In this document: piece by piece, positions 49,489 through 58,803 of the stretch | Layout of the letters: every line of letters begins with the position of its first letter | Position numbering within the stretch: the first letter of the stretch is position 1 | IMG/VR virus record: IMGVR_UViG_3300020183_000077 | Span: 1-62,070 of that record | Direction: 5' to 3' (one strand) | DNA from: a virus | Taxonomy: Duplodnaviria; Caudoviricetes | DNA: 62,070 bases | Position numbers and translations under genes: made by a program | Notes under the pieces: generated by a model | The model's input: the letters and a program-made list of their open reading frames with translations, nothing else | Databases searched by the model: none | Told to the model about the DNA's origin: nothing

Positions 49489-50066
49489 AAATTGAAAATA
49501 TATCTCACAAAATAGATAACTATGATTTAGAATCAACTGTCTATATTTGGGACAATTTTTTATCACAAGAACTTTCTAATTTTTATGATGAAAAAGTTTT
49601 TTGTGATACTAATTGGAGATATATGAATCAAGTAAATGCGGATTATTGCCAGCATACTTTATGGGGAAAAAGTTACTTAACAGAGAAACCAGATTATATT
49701 GATAAGTTAATTTTTTATATTGAAGAGATGTCTGATTTAAAAATAATTAAACCAGAATATATTGGTTTGAATGGACAAACAAAATATATGAATGCTTGTC
49801 CTCATCAAGACTGTAGTTTATCTGATTCTGAAAAAAGTGTTTCTTTCTTATATTATATTGGGTGTGGTGATGCAGATGGTGATTTAATTTTTTACGAAAA
49901 TAATTATAAAAATAACACTTGTTATCCTGGAGAAGAATTAAATCGAATAGAGTTTATAAAAAACAGATTAATCATAATGGATGGACATAAAATGCATTCT
50001 GCAGATGGACCATCAAAAGATACATTGAGAATGTCATTTGTATACAGAGGATTTTATGTTTCTTGA
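49485..50066 (+). CDS. 2OG-Fe(II) oxygenase (prolyl-hydroxylase-like)
   Basis: NGQT, HQD, NRL, H..R. Confidence 0.8.
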   Translation: MKIENISHKIDNYDLESTVYIWDNFLSQELSNFYDEKVFCDTNWRYMNQVNADYCQHTLWGKSYLTEKPDYIDKLIFYIEEMSDLKIIKPEYIGLNGQTKYMNACPHQDCSLSDSEKSVSFLYYIGCGDADGDLIFYENNYKNNTCYPGEELNRIEFIKNRLIIMDGHKMHSADGPSKDTLRMSFVYRGFYVS

Positions 50067-50667
50067 AAAACCTTTTATTGTTATTGATGATTTTTTACCA
50101 AAAACATATTTTGAAATGTTAAAAAAAGAAGTTTTTAGCACAAGGTTTACTTGGAATTATAGAGAAAACATTACATATAAAGATGATTCAAAAATCTTTG
50201 TTGACTGGGATAATTATTTTAATTCAAGTATCAATTCAGAATTTGGATTTTCTCATGAGATATATTATGATGGAGAATCTTTATCGCATTTGAATTTATT
50301 TTTATCTTCTTTTTTTGCTTCTCTTTTAGATGTTAGTAAAGCAAAAAAGATTTTAAGATCAAGAGTTGATATGGTAACATATTCTCCTGAAAAGTATAAA
50401 CATTTCCCTCATGTTGATTTTTATTTCCCACACATATCATCTGTATTTTACTTAACTGATTCTGATGCAGAAACTGTCATATATGATTTAAAATGTGATT
50501 CGTATCATGATATTTTAGGTATTGATATTAAAAGTTTAAAGGAGATTACTAAGGTAAAACCAAAGGAAAATCGTATTTTATTTTTTGATGGTTTATATCT
50601 TCATACTGGACATTCTCCCTCGCAATTTAAAAAGCGGGTTTTAATTAATACTAATCTTTTGAATTAA
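50056..50667 (+). CDS. 2OG-Fe(II) oxygenase
   Basis: VIDDFL, PHVD, PKENR..FDG...H, R.LIN.N. Confidence 0.8.
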   Translation: MFLEKPFIVIDDFLPKTYFEMLKKEVFSTRFTWNYRENITYKDDSKIFVDWDNYFNSSINSEFGFSHEIYYDGESLSHLNLFLSSFFASLLDVSKAKKILRSRVDMVTYSPEKYKHFPHVDFYFPHISSVFYLTDSDAETVIYDLKCDSYHDILGIDIKSLKEITKVKPKENRILFFDGLYLHTGHSPSQFKKRVLINTNLLN

Positions 50668-51180
50668 ATGAACATTTTTGTAACCTCTCCTTGGCCTGCT
50701 GAAAGTGCTGTTTGCCTTCCTGATAAACACATCGTTAAGATGCCCTTAGAGTGCTGTCAAATGCTCTCCATTGTGGCATCGGACAAGTGGGGGTATGGGT
50801 ATGGTCCTTTGCTTAAGACGGATGGGACACCATATAAAACTGAGAAGGGAGCATTTCGCAATCATCCATGTACAAAGTGGGCAGCAGAGTCAATTCATAA
50901 TGCTTACTGGTTAATCAAGCATGGCATGAATTTGTGTGATGAATATGCTGTTCGTTATAACAAGGTCCATTCTTGTTACAATACTTTACTTCATGCCTAT
51001 TATTTGTTCCCAAAAGGTAAAATAAAGGAAGTAACACCGTTTGCGAGGGCAATGCCTGATGAGTATAAACTTGACACAAGCATTGACACTTTTACTGCTT
51101 ACAAGATGTATATCGCATCCAAACCTTGGGTTGCATCTAATTATCTTCGTATGCCAGAACGAAAACCTGATTGGATATAA
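50668..51180 (+). CDS. pyrimidine-dimer DNA glycosylase (DenV-like family)
   Basis: MNIF, DKH.VKM.LE..QML, NHPC..W, EY..RY.K.H, AMPD. Confidence 0.75.
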   Translation: MNIFVTSPWPAESAVCLPDKHIVKMPLECCQMLSIVASDKWGYGYGPLLKTDGTPYKTEKGAFRNHPCTKWAAESIHNAYWLIKHGMNLCDEYAVRYNKVHSCYNTLLHAYYLFPKGKIKEVTPFARAMPDEYKLDTSIDTFTAYKMYIASKPWVASNYLRMPERKPDWI

Positions 51181-51183
51181 AAA

Positions 51184-51513
51184 ATGAAAAAATGGATTAA
51201 AAGTCTTTTTGATTATAAATTTACATCTCATGATGAAGAAACAACAAAATACTTTATTGATAGAATTACTGGGAGTGAATATAACATTGCAGATTTGATA
51301 ATTTTACTATCAAATCAGATTGAAGAACTTGATGAAAAATACAAGAGTCTTCTTGTAGATATTAAAAGATTGGAAGAAGAAAACGTCGAACTGACAAATT
51401 CTTTATATGAGATTGAAAACAGATTAGAATCTAAAATTGACAAGATTCATCCTATTGTTTACAATTTGAGTGGAGATAAAAATCTAAGTAATTTTACTCT
51501 TGGAGATGCATGA
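51184..51513 (+). CDS. coiled-coil hypothetical protein
   Basis: ORF track. Confidence 0.6.
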   Translation: MKKWIKSLFDYKFTSHDEETTKYFIDRITGSEYNIADLIILLSNQIEELDEKYKSLLVDIKRLEEENVELTNSLYEIENRLESKIDKIHPIVYNLSGDKNLSNFTLGDA

Positions 51514-52166
51514 AAATTTTTCTAGATACTGCAGAAGTTGATATGATTGGTCCAGCATATGAAACTGGACTAATTGACGGTGTAACGACAAACCCAACTT
51601 TAATTATGAGAAGTGGGAGAGATCCAGTAGAAGTAATTAAAGAAATCTCTACTACCTTCACTTCCCTTCAATCCATTTCTGCTGAAGTAGTTGCTGATAC
51701 TGCTGAAGAAATGCTGGAGCAAGCACAAGCATTTAGTGGATTGTGGAATGTCACAATTAAAGTTCCTTGCACTGTGGAGGGACTCAAAGCATGTAGACAA
51801 CTTGCAAGTCAAGGCACACATGTCAATGTCACTTTGATTTTCTCGGTTGCACAAGCAATTCTTGCAGAAAAGGCAGGTGCAAAATATGTCTCTCCTTTTG
51901 TGGGAAGATGGTTGGATAATTCTGTTGATGGAATTGAATTAATTAAAAACATCAGACAAGCATATAGTGGGCAAGGTCAACTTTGTCTTACTAATATTCT
52001 TGCTGCTTCTCTTCGTGATGTAAGGCAAGTAGAAAAATGTGCCATGATGGGTGCAGATGTCGTGACTATTCCCCCAACCGTATTCTGGGGAATGTATAAA
52101 AATATCATGACTGAGAAAGGATTGGAACTATTTCAAAAAGATTGGGAGAAAGCAAATGGTCTATGA
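51510..52166 (+). CDS. talC: transaldolase TalC (auxiliary metabolic gene)
   Basis: IFLDTA, GVTTNPTL, TIKVP, NVTLIFS, YVSPFVGR, LAAS.R. Confidence 0.96.
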   Translation: MKIFLDTAEVDMIGPAYETGLIDGVTTNPTLIMRSGRDPVEVIKEISTTFTSLQSISAEVVADTAEEMLEQAQAFSGLWNVTIKVPCTVEGLKACRQLASQGTHVNVTLIFSVAQAILAEKAGAKYVSPFVGRWLDNSVDGIELIKNIRQAYSGQGQLCLTNILAASLRDVRQVEKCAMMGADVVTIPPTVFWGMYKNIMTEKGLELFQKDWEKANGL

Positions 52167-52356
52167 ATCTTTGACAGAGTTTGAAAGAGCACTTGCTAGA
52201 TTTGGAGATAAAGTTCAATATATTGTTGGACTAGAAATCTCTGATAAAATGAGTCCAGAAACTGCATATCAAGAAATTAAAGATATGTTAAAAGAACTCA
52301 AAAAACTTCGCAAAAAAGAGAAAGAAAATTGGGAGAATGAAAATAGGGAAGAATAA
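52156..52356 (+). CDS. conserved small hypothetical protein
   Basis: FGDKV..I..LE..K...E.AYQ.IK. Confidence 0.65.
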   Translation: MVYESLTEFERALARFGDKVQYIVGLEISDKMSPETAYQEIKDMLKELKKLRKKEKENWENENREE

Positions 52357-52366
52357 TAATTTTACT

Positions 52367-53257
52367 ATGAATAACCTTAGGATTGCTGGGGCACAGATTC
52401 CAGTAAGTACAGATGTTCAATTCAATAAAAAAGAAATTTTAAAGTCTATTGATTGGGCTAAAAAAAATGAAGTCAATCATTTGTTGACACCAGAAGGTTC
52501 TTTATCTGGTTATACTCAAGATTGGATGGATAGATTTGACGAAATTGTAGAGGCAGAGAAAGAAATTCAAACCCACTTATCTGATTCTGGAGTCTTTTTG
52601 CATTTGGGCACTTTATTCAAGCAAGAAGAATTTCTTGGAAATATAAAAAGAAATCAAATTCGTCATTATGCTCCTTGGGGTCAGTTTATGGGAGCAACAA
52701 ATAAAACATATGCTGTTCCAGATATTGAAAAAGTTCTTCCGAGATCAAGACAGGATAACTTACAATTTGTTCCTTTATCGGAAGAAGATTTAAATCTTCT
52801 TGCAGTTGGCTTAATTTGTAACGATATGTGGGGTTCTTCTGAAGCAGGTGGAGAACCACTAACAACGCAGATAAAGAAAACAGGACAAGTTAGTTTAATA
52901 TTACACGCAACTAACGGCAGAAAGCATAGAGATGATGATTATCATTATGATGCATATAATGCATGGCATGATGGTTACTTAAGAATGGCAGCATTCAATA
53001 CAATCATTCCTATTTTAACTGTAGACTCTTGTGTTCCCTGGGACTGGAATCCAGAAAGTGATGTTCCTATTGATTTTTATCCCACATCAAGTGAAAGTGG
53101 GGTCATTGATTTTCTTGGATGGAAAACGGATGTACCAAGAAAAGGTCGTCAATATTTCTATTATGACTTAGATGTTTCTTTGCCACCATTCGCAAAAATT
53201 TACAAACACTTAGATGAGTGCAAAATGAAAGGTAAATATGTACCAACTTTAGAATAA
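52367..53257 (+). CDS. nitrilase/carbon-nitrogen hydrolase family protein
   Basis: TPEGSLSGY (Glu), NK (Lys), LICNDMW (Cys) triad. Confidence 0.82.
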   Translation: MNNLRIAGAQIPVSTDVQFNKKEILKSIDWAKKNEVNHLLTPEGSLSGYTQDWMDRFDEIVEAEKEIQTHLSDSGVFLHLGTLFKQEEFLGNIKRNQIRHYAPWGQFMGATNKTYAVPDIEKVLPRSRQDNLQFVPLSEEDLNLLAVGLICNDMWGSSEAGGEPLTTQIKKTGQVSLILHATNGRKHRDDDYHYDAYNAWHDGYLRMAAFNTIIPILTVDSCVPWDWNPESDVPIDFYPTSSESGVIDFLGWKTDVPRKGRQYFYYDLDVSLPPFAKIYKHLDECKMKGKYVPTLE

Positions 53258-53262
53258 CTCTT

Positions 53263-53415
53263 ATGGATTCATTAAAAATAATTCAAAATGAAGATGGGTC
53301 GTTCGCAATGGACTGGGACCCGCAAGACTCGAAATGGTCTTGGTTGAATGGGTTGACTTCGAAGGAGATACAAGTTATCATGGAGCAAGCAATTAAAGAT
53401 TATGAGCATGATTGA
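53263..53415 (+). CDS. small hypothetical protein
   Basis: Manual translation ..NEDGSF.MDWD..D.KWSWLN. Confidence 0.55.
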   Translation: MDSLKIIQNEDGSFAMDWDPQDSKWSWLNGLTSKEIQVIMEQAIKDYEHD

Positions 53416-54271
53416 TTATAAGAGGTATTCTCTTGAACAACTTGAAAATTGGGTTCATGATGTGATGTCTTCTGATGTAGTAGCACCAGAAGAAATTTAC
53501 GATACTATTCTTAGCGTGGTTGAAGAAAATTACCACATTTATAAAGAGCAAGCATCTAAAGCAAGTGAACTTCTTGCTCTTTTGAATGGTAATGGACAAT
53601 CACATGAAGATGTCTTGAAAGAAAGAGAATATTACGAACCTTCTATGCCACCTTGGGGTCATAGTGATTTAGAGTATGGAATTCACAATTCATTCTTGAC
53701 TCAAGACCGCAACAGTAATTTTCCAAAAGAAAATACTGTATGTGATAAAGATGACCCTTCACCAGAATGTAAGAGTGCTTGGAATTCTTTTTGGTATGAT
53801 AATTATGACCCAAATCAATATACTGAACAAGAACTGAATGCAATGTGCGATAAAGCAGAACTTGATGCTGAAATAGAAAAAATTAAACAAGAGGGTGGTT
53901 ATGGATGGACACCAGAAGTAACTGAGGAAAAACATTCTAAGTATTATTATGATTACACGAGGAATGATATTGACCGAAAAAATCCATTCTTGAAGAATTG
54001 TATTTACGAATCACCTAATGGTGGGAAAACAATTTATTCTCGTGAGTTTGGAAAAACAGAAAAAACTTTAGTTAAAGATGAAACTCCAAAGAAGTGGATT
54101 CTTCCTGTTGAACAATCTGTTGTTGATGGTGTAGATGATTATTATGTTAGTTTTCCTGATGATTTGCTAGAAGCAGCAAATTTAAAGGAAGGAGATAAAG
54201 TGGAATGGATTGACAATGGTAATGGATCTTATACCTTGAGAAAAATAGTTATTGCATATCATCCAGTTTGA
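53402..54271 (+). CDS. mosaic protein with C-terminal AbrB/MazE-like domain
   Basis: VSFPDDLLEAANLKEGDKVEW. Confidence 0.65.
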   Translation: MSMIDYKRYSLEQLENWVHDVMSSDVVAPEEIYDTILSVVEENYHIYKEQASKASELLALLNGNGQSHEDVLKEREYYEPSMPPWGHSDLEYGIHNSFLTQDRNSNFPKENTVCDKDDPSPECKSAWNSFWYDNYDPNQYTEQELNAMCDKAELDAEIEKIKQEGGYGWTPEVTEEKHSKYYYDYTRNDIDRKNPFLKNCIYESPNGGKTIYSREFGKTEKTLVKDETPKKWILPVEQSVVDGVDDYYVSFPDDLLEAANLKEGDKVEWIDNGNGSYTLRKIVIAYHPV

Positions 54272-54330
54272 GATCAATTTGCTTTTATTAACTAAATTTG
54301 CTAAAATAACTAATTTTTGGAGGAATTAAG

Positions 54331-54585
54331 ATGCTTGATAATTTTGCAGATGAAACACATGCAAGAGAATGGTTGACTGAGTTTGATGGTAAAGTAGATG
54401 AATATGTTCATTGCTTTAACACTGTTAGAAATAAACTCTTTGCTGAGTTTGATTCAAATACACAAGTAAATGCACATGTAGTTCCAGTTATCCGTGATAT
54501 TACTAATTTGTTAATTGCTACTACTAATAACAAAATCATTAAAAAATACGAAGGACTTTATCCAGATAATTATGGCACTATCTAA
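54331..54585 (+). CDS. hypothetical protein
   Basis: SD GGAGG upstream. Confidence 0.65.
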   Translation: MLDNFADETHAREWLTEFDGKVDEYVHCFNTVRNKLFAEFDSNTQVNAHVVPVIRDITNLLIATTNNKIIKKYEGLYPDNYGTI

Positions 54586-54802
54586 ATCTGTAGAAGATTC
54601 ACTTAAAGAAGCAGAAGCAAGTCTGCGTAATGCACTTGCTTATGCTGCACGTCAAGAACGTCCAATGGTTTGTAGTATAATTGCAGACTTGATTAGTCGA
54701 ATTGAATCACTTCAAAGCACTGATGCTATTCTTGATAAACTAGAAAATCGTAAACCAGGAGACACTGGTTTCTTTGGAACTATGTTTGGTAAAGATGACT
54801 AA
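54572..54802 (+). CDS. hypothetical protein
   Basis: MALS.SV..SL.EA...LRNALA.AAR.E. Confidence 0.7.
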   Translation: MALSKSVEDSLKEAEASLRNALAYAARQERPMVCSIIADLISRIESLQSTDAILDKLENRKPGDTGFFGTMFGKDD

Positions 54803-55109
54803 CCTAATCAACAAACTACTTGCCATTTTTAATCTCAAACTTGTATCTACTAAACCTAATACAAGGTTGGTAAAGGAAACTGTAAAGTTTTTGAATCAAC
54901 ATAAAGATTATTGGAATGATGATGTTTTTTTCCCTCCTTATGTTGGAGATATTAACTATGTCCAAGAATGGGTGGAAGATGAGTTTCCGCAAGTTTCTGG
55001 TAAGACTTATGTTTGCGAACGAGTATTGGGAATAGAAGACAAGTATTATGATTATGAAGGAGATATATTTACTTCACAACAACTTCAAGAGAAATTGAAA
55101 AATGACTGA
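54795..55109 (+). CDS. hypothetical protein
   Basis: ORF packing. Confidence 0.6.
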   Translation: MTNLINKLLAIFNLKLVSTKPNTRLVKETVKFLNQHKDYWNDDVFFPPYVGDINYVQEWVEDEFPQVSGKTYVCERVLGIEDKYYDYEGDIFTSQQLQEKLKND

Positions 55110-55470
55110 AGAATCTAAAAACAAAAAAGATTTCATGAAATCCATGCAGGAATGGTGGGACTCTGATGCTTGCAAAGAACTTCAAAAGGCAAATGAAGAA
55201 TCAAAGCAACGAGCAGTAGGAAAGTATTTTATGCTTTCTGAATCTGATAAACTTGATATGGTTCAGGCAATCTGCTACATTTTGTGTAAGGCAGAAAGTG
55301 AAGGAACGAGTCATCGTGGTCTTCAAGATGCTCTAGGACTCTATCCTGCAGGTTTCTGGATTGATGGTCTCATGGAGGTTCATAATGCCCTGTGGGAGTA
55401 TTATCACGACGAGAAAAAAGAAAAACAACTCAAAGATGATCTAAATGCACTGGATGACTTTATTAAGTAA
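55102..55470 (+). CDS. hypothetical protein
   Basis: GTSHRGL...G.M.VHN. Confidence 0.6.
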   Translation: MTEESKNKKDFMKSMQEWWDSDACKELQKANEESKQRAVGKYFMLSESDKLDMVQAICYILCKAESEGTSHRGLQDALGLYPAGFWIDGLMEVHNALWEYYHDEKKEKQLKDDLNALDDFIK

Positions 55471-55555
55471 TGTAACGTGATCCCGAAGAAAACATTAAGT
55501 TAATAGATACTAATGTATTATAATGCTAACATTTAGAAACATCGCAAACGACCCT

Positions 55556-55765
55556 ATGACCCTTGCAAAGACTGGACCCGAAACTCTTTCACAAGAAGAG
55601 TGGAACGAACTTGTAGCACTTAAAGACGCTATTAACCAAAATCCAGCTGCAGTTCATCCTGATAAGATGGAACTCTTCACTAAACTTCTTGTCAAATCTT
55701 GGGATGCAAAATGTGAACCTACCAATACAAGTGTGTGGAGAACTGGTCACCCATTAGAAGAATGA
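55556..55765 (+). CDS. hypothetical protein
   Basis: ELVALK.AI...P..VHP.KME.F. Confidence 0.6.
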   Translation: MTLAKTGPETLSQEEWNELVALKDAINQNPAAVHPDKMELFTKLLVKSWDAKCEPTNTSVWRTGHPLEE

Positions 55766-55905
55766 TGGAAAAAACTGTAGAGCAACTTCTAAAAGAATTA
55801 GAAGAACTTAAAATACGAGTTGCAATTTTAGAAGAAGATACTAAAGTACTTCAAGTGCAACTTGATTTAACACAGGAATCAATAGATGCAGTATTTGACC
55901 TCTGA
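55762..55905 (+). CDS. small coiled-coil protein
   Basis: Manual translation, ATGA overlap. Confidence 0.45.
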   Translation: MMEKTVEQLLKELEELKIRVAILEEDTKVLQVQLDLTQESIDAVFDL

Positions 55906-55911
55906 TAAATA
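55905..55911 (+). promoter_or_regulatory. T4-like late promoter (ATAAATA); further copies at ~56792, ~58780, ~60162
   Basis: Late consensus located 10-30 nt before the start codons of the leader-bearing genes. Confidence 0.7.
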
Positions 55912-55934
55912 ATAGAAGGTATTTTTGTAGTTAA

Positions 55935-56795
55935 ATGCTTTCTGAAGGTAGAAAAAGAGACACAGCGGCAAATGCGATATTAGGACTTGCATTTGCTGCT
56001 AATGCCGCACAATCCCCAGAAGACTTTGTAAGATCTGGTCATATTGAATCTCCAGGTGTCGTTCAGATGCAGAGAACCTTTGGAAATCCAAGAAAGAAAC
56101 CAAAAGATTTGGATAAAGAACCAGTAACAAGAAGAGGAATTAAATTAAAAGAAGGAAAGACTTTTAAACAGTTCTTAGAAGAAGCATATTTGATTGAAGC
56201 AAGAAGATTCGTTACAAGAGATGAGGCACAATCAAAGTTTGATAAACTTTCTCCAGAAGAGAGAGAAAAAAGAGAGCTTAGAAATTCTGGAGCAAATCAC
56301 GGTGGGTGGGGAACTAAATTAAAAGATTCACTTAAAAAACAAAGGAAAAGAAGATCTCAAAGATTGAAACCACTAACACAAAATGAATTGGAAACTCACG
56401 CGAAAAGAACTTTAAGAAAAAATCCAAATGAACTAGCTGCTATTGCAGCAGATCGTGAAGAAGATGCAAGAGAGAAACAAAAAGCAGCAGCAAGAAGATT
56501 AACGAAAAAAACTGGAACCAAACACGTTGAAGATCATATTCAACCACTTCAACAAGATAAAAGAAAACCAGAAAATAGAGAACGATTTGAAAAAATAACT
56601 CCCAGTGATGCTTCATCAAATATACAAGTTACATCAGAACCAAAAAATTTAAGAAAGGGATCTAAACCACCTAGAATAGGGCAACGTGGTCACGGTACAA
56701 CAAGATCTGGTGCAATTAAACAAAGACTTGATAAAGCACAAAAGTTTTCAGATAAACTGGACAACCTTGTAAAACAAATAAAATCTGAAAGATAA
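55935..56795 (+). CDS. putative internal head protein with internal capsid-targeting motif and HNH-like domain
   Basis: KTFKQFLEEAYLIEA; DHIQPL...N.Q.....N..K. Confidence 0.6.
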   Translation: MLSEGRKRDTAANAILGLAFAANAAQSPEDFVRSGHIESPGVVQMQRTFGNPRKKPKDLDKEPVTRRGIKLKEGKTFKQFLEEAYLIEARRFVTRDEAQSKFDKLSPEEREKRELRNSGANHGGWGTKLKDSLKKQRKRRSQRLKPLTQNELETHAKRTLRKNPNELAAIAADREEDAREKQKAAARRLTKKTGTKHVEDHIQPLQQDKRKPENRERFEKITPSDASSNIQVTSEPKNLRKGSKPPRIGQRGHGTTRSGAIKQRLDKAQKFSDKLDNLVKQIKSER

Positions 56796-56819
56796 ATAAA
56801 TAAAAAAGTCATAAAAAAG

Positions 56820-57284
56820 ATGAAGACCTTTAGAGAGTTTCTAGAAGAAGCATATCTCGTTGAGATGCGTAAAGAGGATGAAGTTAAAGGAGAAACTAAA
56901 ACTCCTCTTTATGTAAGTAAAACTTCTGGAAGAGTTGTGAAGAACCCTGAGACTGGTCGTTCAGAAGTTAAGAAATCAACAAGAACATCACTATCACCAA
57001 GAGCAGCAACTGGTAGAATGAAGCAGGGTATGAAAGACCCAACCAATCCTTATTCTGGTGGTATTGATATGCCTGGTGCTACTAGACACGCACACGGTGG
57101 TGGTGGAAGTGGAGCAAAAGCACCTGGAAGAAAGAGAGGTGTTGGTAAGATAGAACAGCAGAAAATTGATAAAGAAGTAAGAGATAGAGGTGAAAGACCA
57201 TTTAGTGCAGGTGCATCACCAGCAGAAAAAGTTGAATTGAGAAGAGCACAAAGAAGACGTTCGACTGGTAGTGGATATCGATGA
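56820..57284 (+). CDS. putative internal head protein (CTS leader, basic cargo)
   Basis: MKTFREFLEEAYLVE. Confidence 0.65.
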   Translation: MKTFREFLEEAYLVEMRKEDEVKGETKTPLYVSKTSGRVVKNPETGRSEVKKSTRTSLSPRAATGRMKQGMKDPTNPYSGGIDMPGATRHAHGGGGSGAKAPGRKRGVGKIEQQKIDKEVRDRGERPFSAGASPAEKVELRRAQRRRSTGSGYR

Positions 57285-57661
57285 AAACCTTTAGAGAGTT
57301 TCTAGAAGAAGCAAAGGCACCAAAACCTGATGCTCTAAAAACAATTCAAAGAAAAACAAAAGGAAGAACACCAGGAATGAAGTATGTTGTTCATACTACA
57401 AGTTCTGGTGATATTCGTGTAGATAACATTGAAGTTCCAGAGAATCAAAGAGGCAAGGGTATTGCAAAAAGAACATTTAAAGGACTTCATAACTATGCAG
57501 ATAAGATTGGCAAAAATGTTTCTTTAACTCCAGTTGCAAAACCAGGATATAAAGAAAAATTAGACAAGATGTATAGAAACCTAGGTTATCGGGACCGCAC
57601 ACCTTCAGATAACATTGCTGGTGCAGATACAATGATTCGCACACCCAAGGAGAAAAAATGA
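57281..57661 (+). CDS. putative internal head protein: CTS leader + GNAT acetyltransferase
   Basis: MKTFREFLEEA; V..I.V....QRGKGIA; MY..LGY. Confidence 0.75.
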   Translation: MKTFREFLEEAKAPKPDALKTIQRKTKGRTPGMKYVVHTTSSGDIRVDNIEVPENQRGKGIAKRTFKGLHNYADKIGKNVSLTPVAKPGYKEKLDKMYRNLGYRDRTPSDNIAGADTMIRTPKEKK

Positions 57662-57933
57662 AGACATTTAAACAGTTTATTGCAGAAACAGATTTATCTG
57701 CTCTTGGTGCTGATATTGCAGCAAAAGCAAAAAGGGAAAAACCTGCTGTAAACAAACCAGATTTTGGTAGTAGTCAGAGTGAACCAAAGGCACCAACTAA
57801 TGCTGCTCCCGTTGTCGCATCTGCTGTAAATCGAGCAACTGGTGGGTATGCTGGTGCTGTTGCAAATACTGCAAAAAATGTAGTTAATACTGCAACAAAG
57901 TCAGTTGTTCGTGGAGCATTTAGAAGAGTATGA
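57658..57933 (+). CDS. putative internal head protein (CTS leader, Ala-rich)
   Basis: MKTFKQFIAE. Confidence 0.65.
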   Translation: MKTFKQFIAETDLSALGADIAAKAKREKPAVNKPDFGSSQSEPKAPTNAAPVVASAVNRATGGYAGAVANTAKNVVNTATKSVVRGAFRRV

Positions 57934-58778
57934 AAACGTATCAAGAGTTCATAACTGAAGCAAAGAAGTGTTGGCCTGGATATAAGAAAAAGGGAACACA
58001 AAAACTCTTTGGGAAGACTTATAATCGTTGTGTGAAAGAAGATATTGAAGAACTTGAAGAGAGTTCAATGGGTGAGAGAAGTGGTAGAAGAACACGAGGT
58101 AAACTAACTCTTGCCCGTGGTCGTGGTGCTGATATGGACCGTGAAGAAAGAACTACTGCTGCGATTGCAAAGAAAGCAGGTCTCAAAGGAACTGGTAAGT
58201 ATTCCACCAAAGATTTGAGAACCAAAGCAAAAGATTATACGACTTATGATAGTGATGATACTGATGATGATTATGGTAGCACCGAGCAGGACCATTACAT
58301 CCGCACTCACTCTTCTGCAAGAAAAGCAGCAAAGGGTGAGCATCTAATCAAGAAATACAAACCAGCAGGAAGAACTGCAACTGGAATGACTAAACTCAAG
58401 ACTGCACCTTCAAGTGAAAGTGTAAGAAGAGTGAAGGACTTGAAAAAGAATATGACTAAAGCAGGTGCTAATAAGAGAGGTCCAGTTCATACTGTTGATA
58501 TTATGCATCGTGATAGTGATGTTGGAAAAGGTGATAAGGACCAACAAATGGAGAGAGGTAGAAACTTCATTCAAGCACTAAAAGATACTCCAAAGCATCT
58601 TAAAAGAGCAGGTGCAAAGAAAGGTGAGGCAGTAGTTGGAAAACCAACTGCTGTTATGTCTGGTGAAGACCAGAAGACTGGAGTAGCAAAGAGAGCAAAA
58701 CTTTATAAGAAAGTGTTTGGTAAGAGAAGTAGTAAAAAGTCTGAAAAGACTGGAATTATGACAGGTAAAGTGGATTGA
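57930..58778 (+). CDS. putative internal head protein (CTS leader, CWPGY mini-domain, basic cargo)
   Basis: MKTYQEFITEA; CWPGY..G......NRCVKE; IEELEE. Confidence 0.68.
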   Translation: MKTYQEFITEAKKCWPGYKKKGTQKLFGKTYNRCVKEDIEELEESSMGERSGRRTRGKLTLARGRGADMDREERTTAAIAKKAGLKGTGKYSTKDLRTKAKDYTTYDSDDTDDDYGSTEQDHYIRTHSSARKAAKGEHLIKKYKPAGRTATGMTKLKTAPSSESVRRVKDLKKNMTKAGANKRGPVHTVDIMHRDSDVGKGDKDQQMERGRNFIQALKDTPKHLKRAGAKKGEAVVGKPTAVMSGEDQKTGVAKRAKLYKKVFGKRSSKKSEKTGIMTGKVD

Positions 58779-58803
58779 GATAAATAAATAAAAAACTATA
58801 AAT

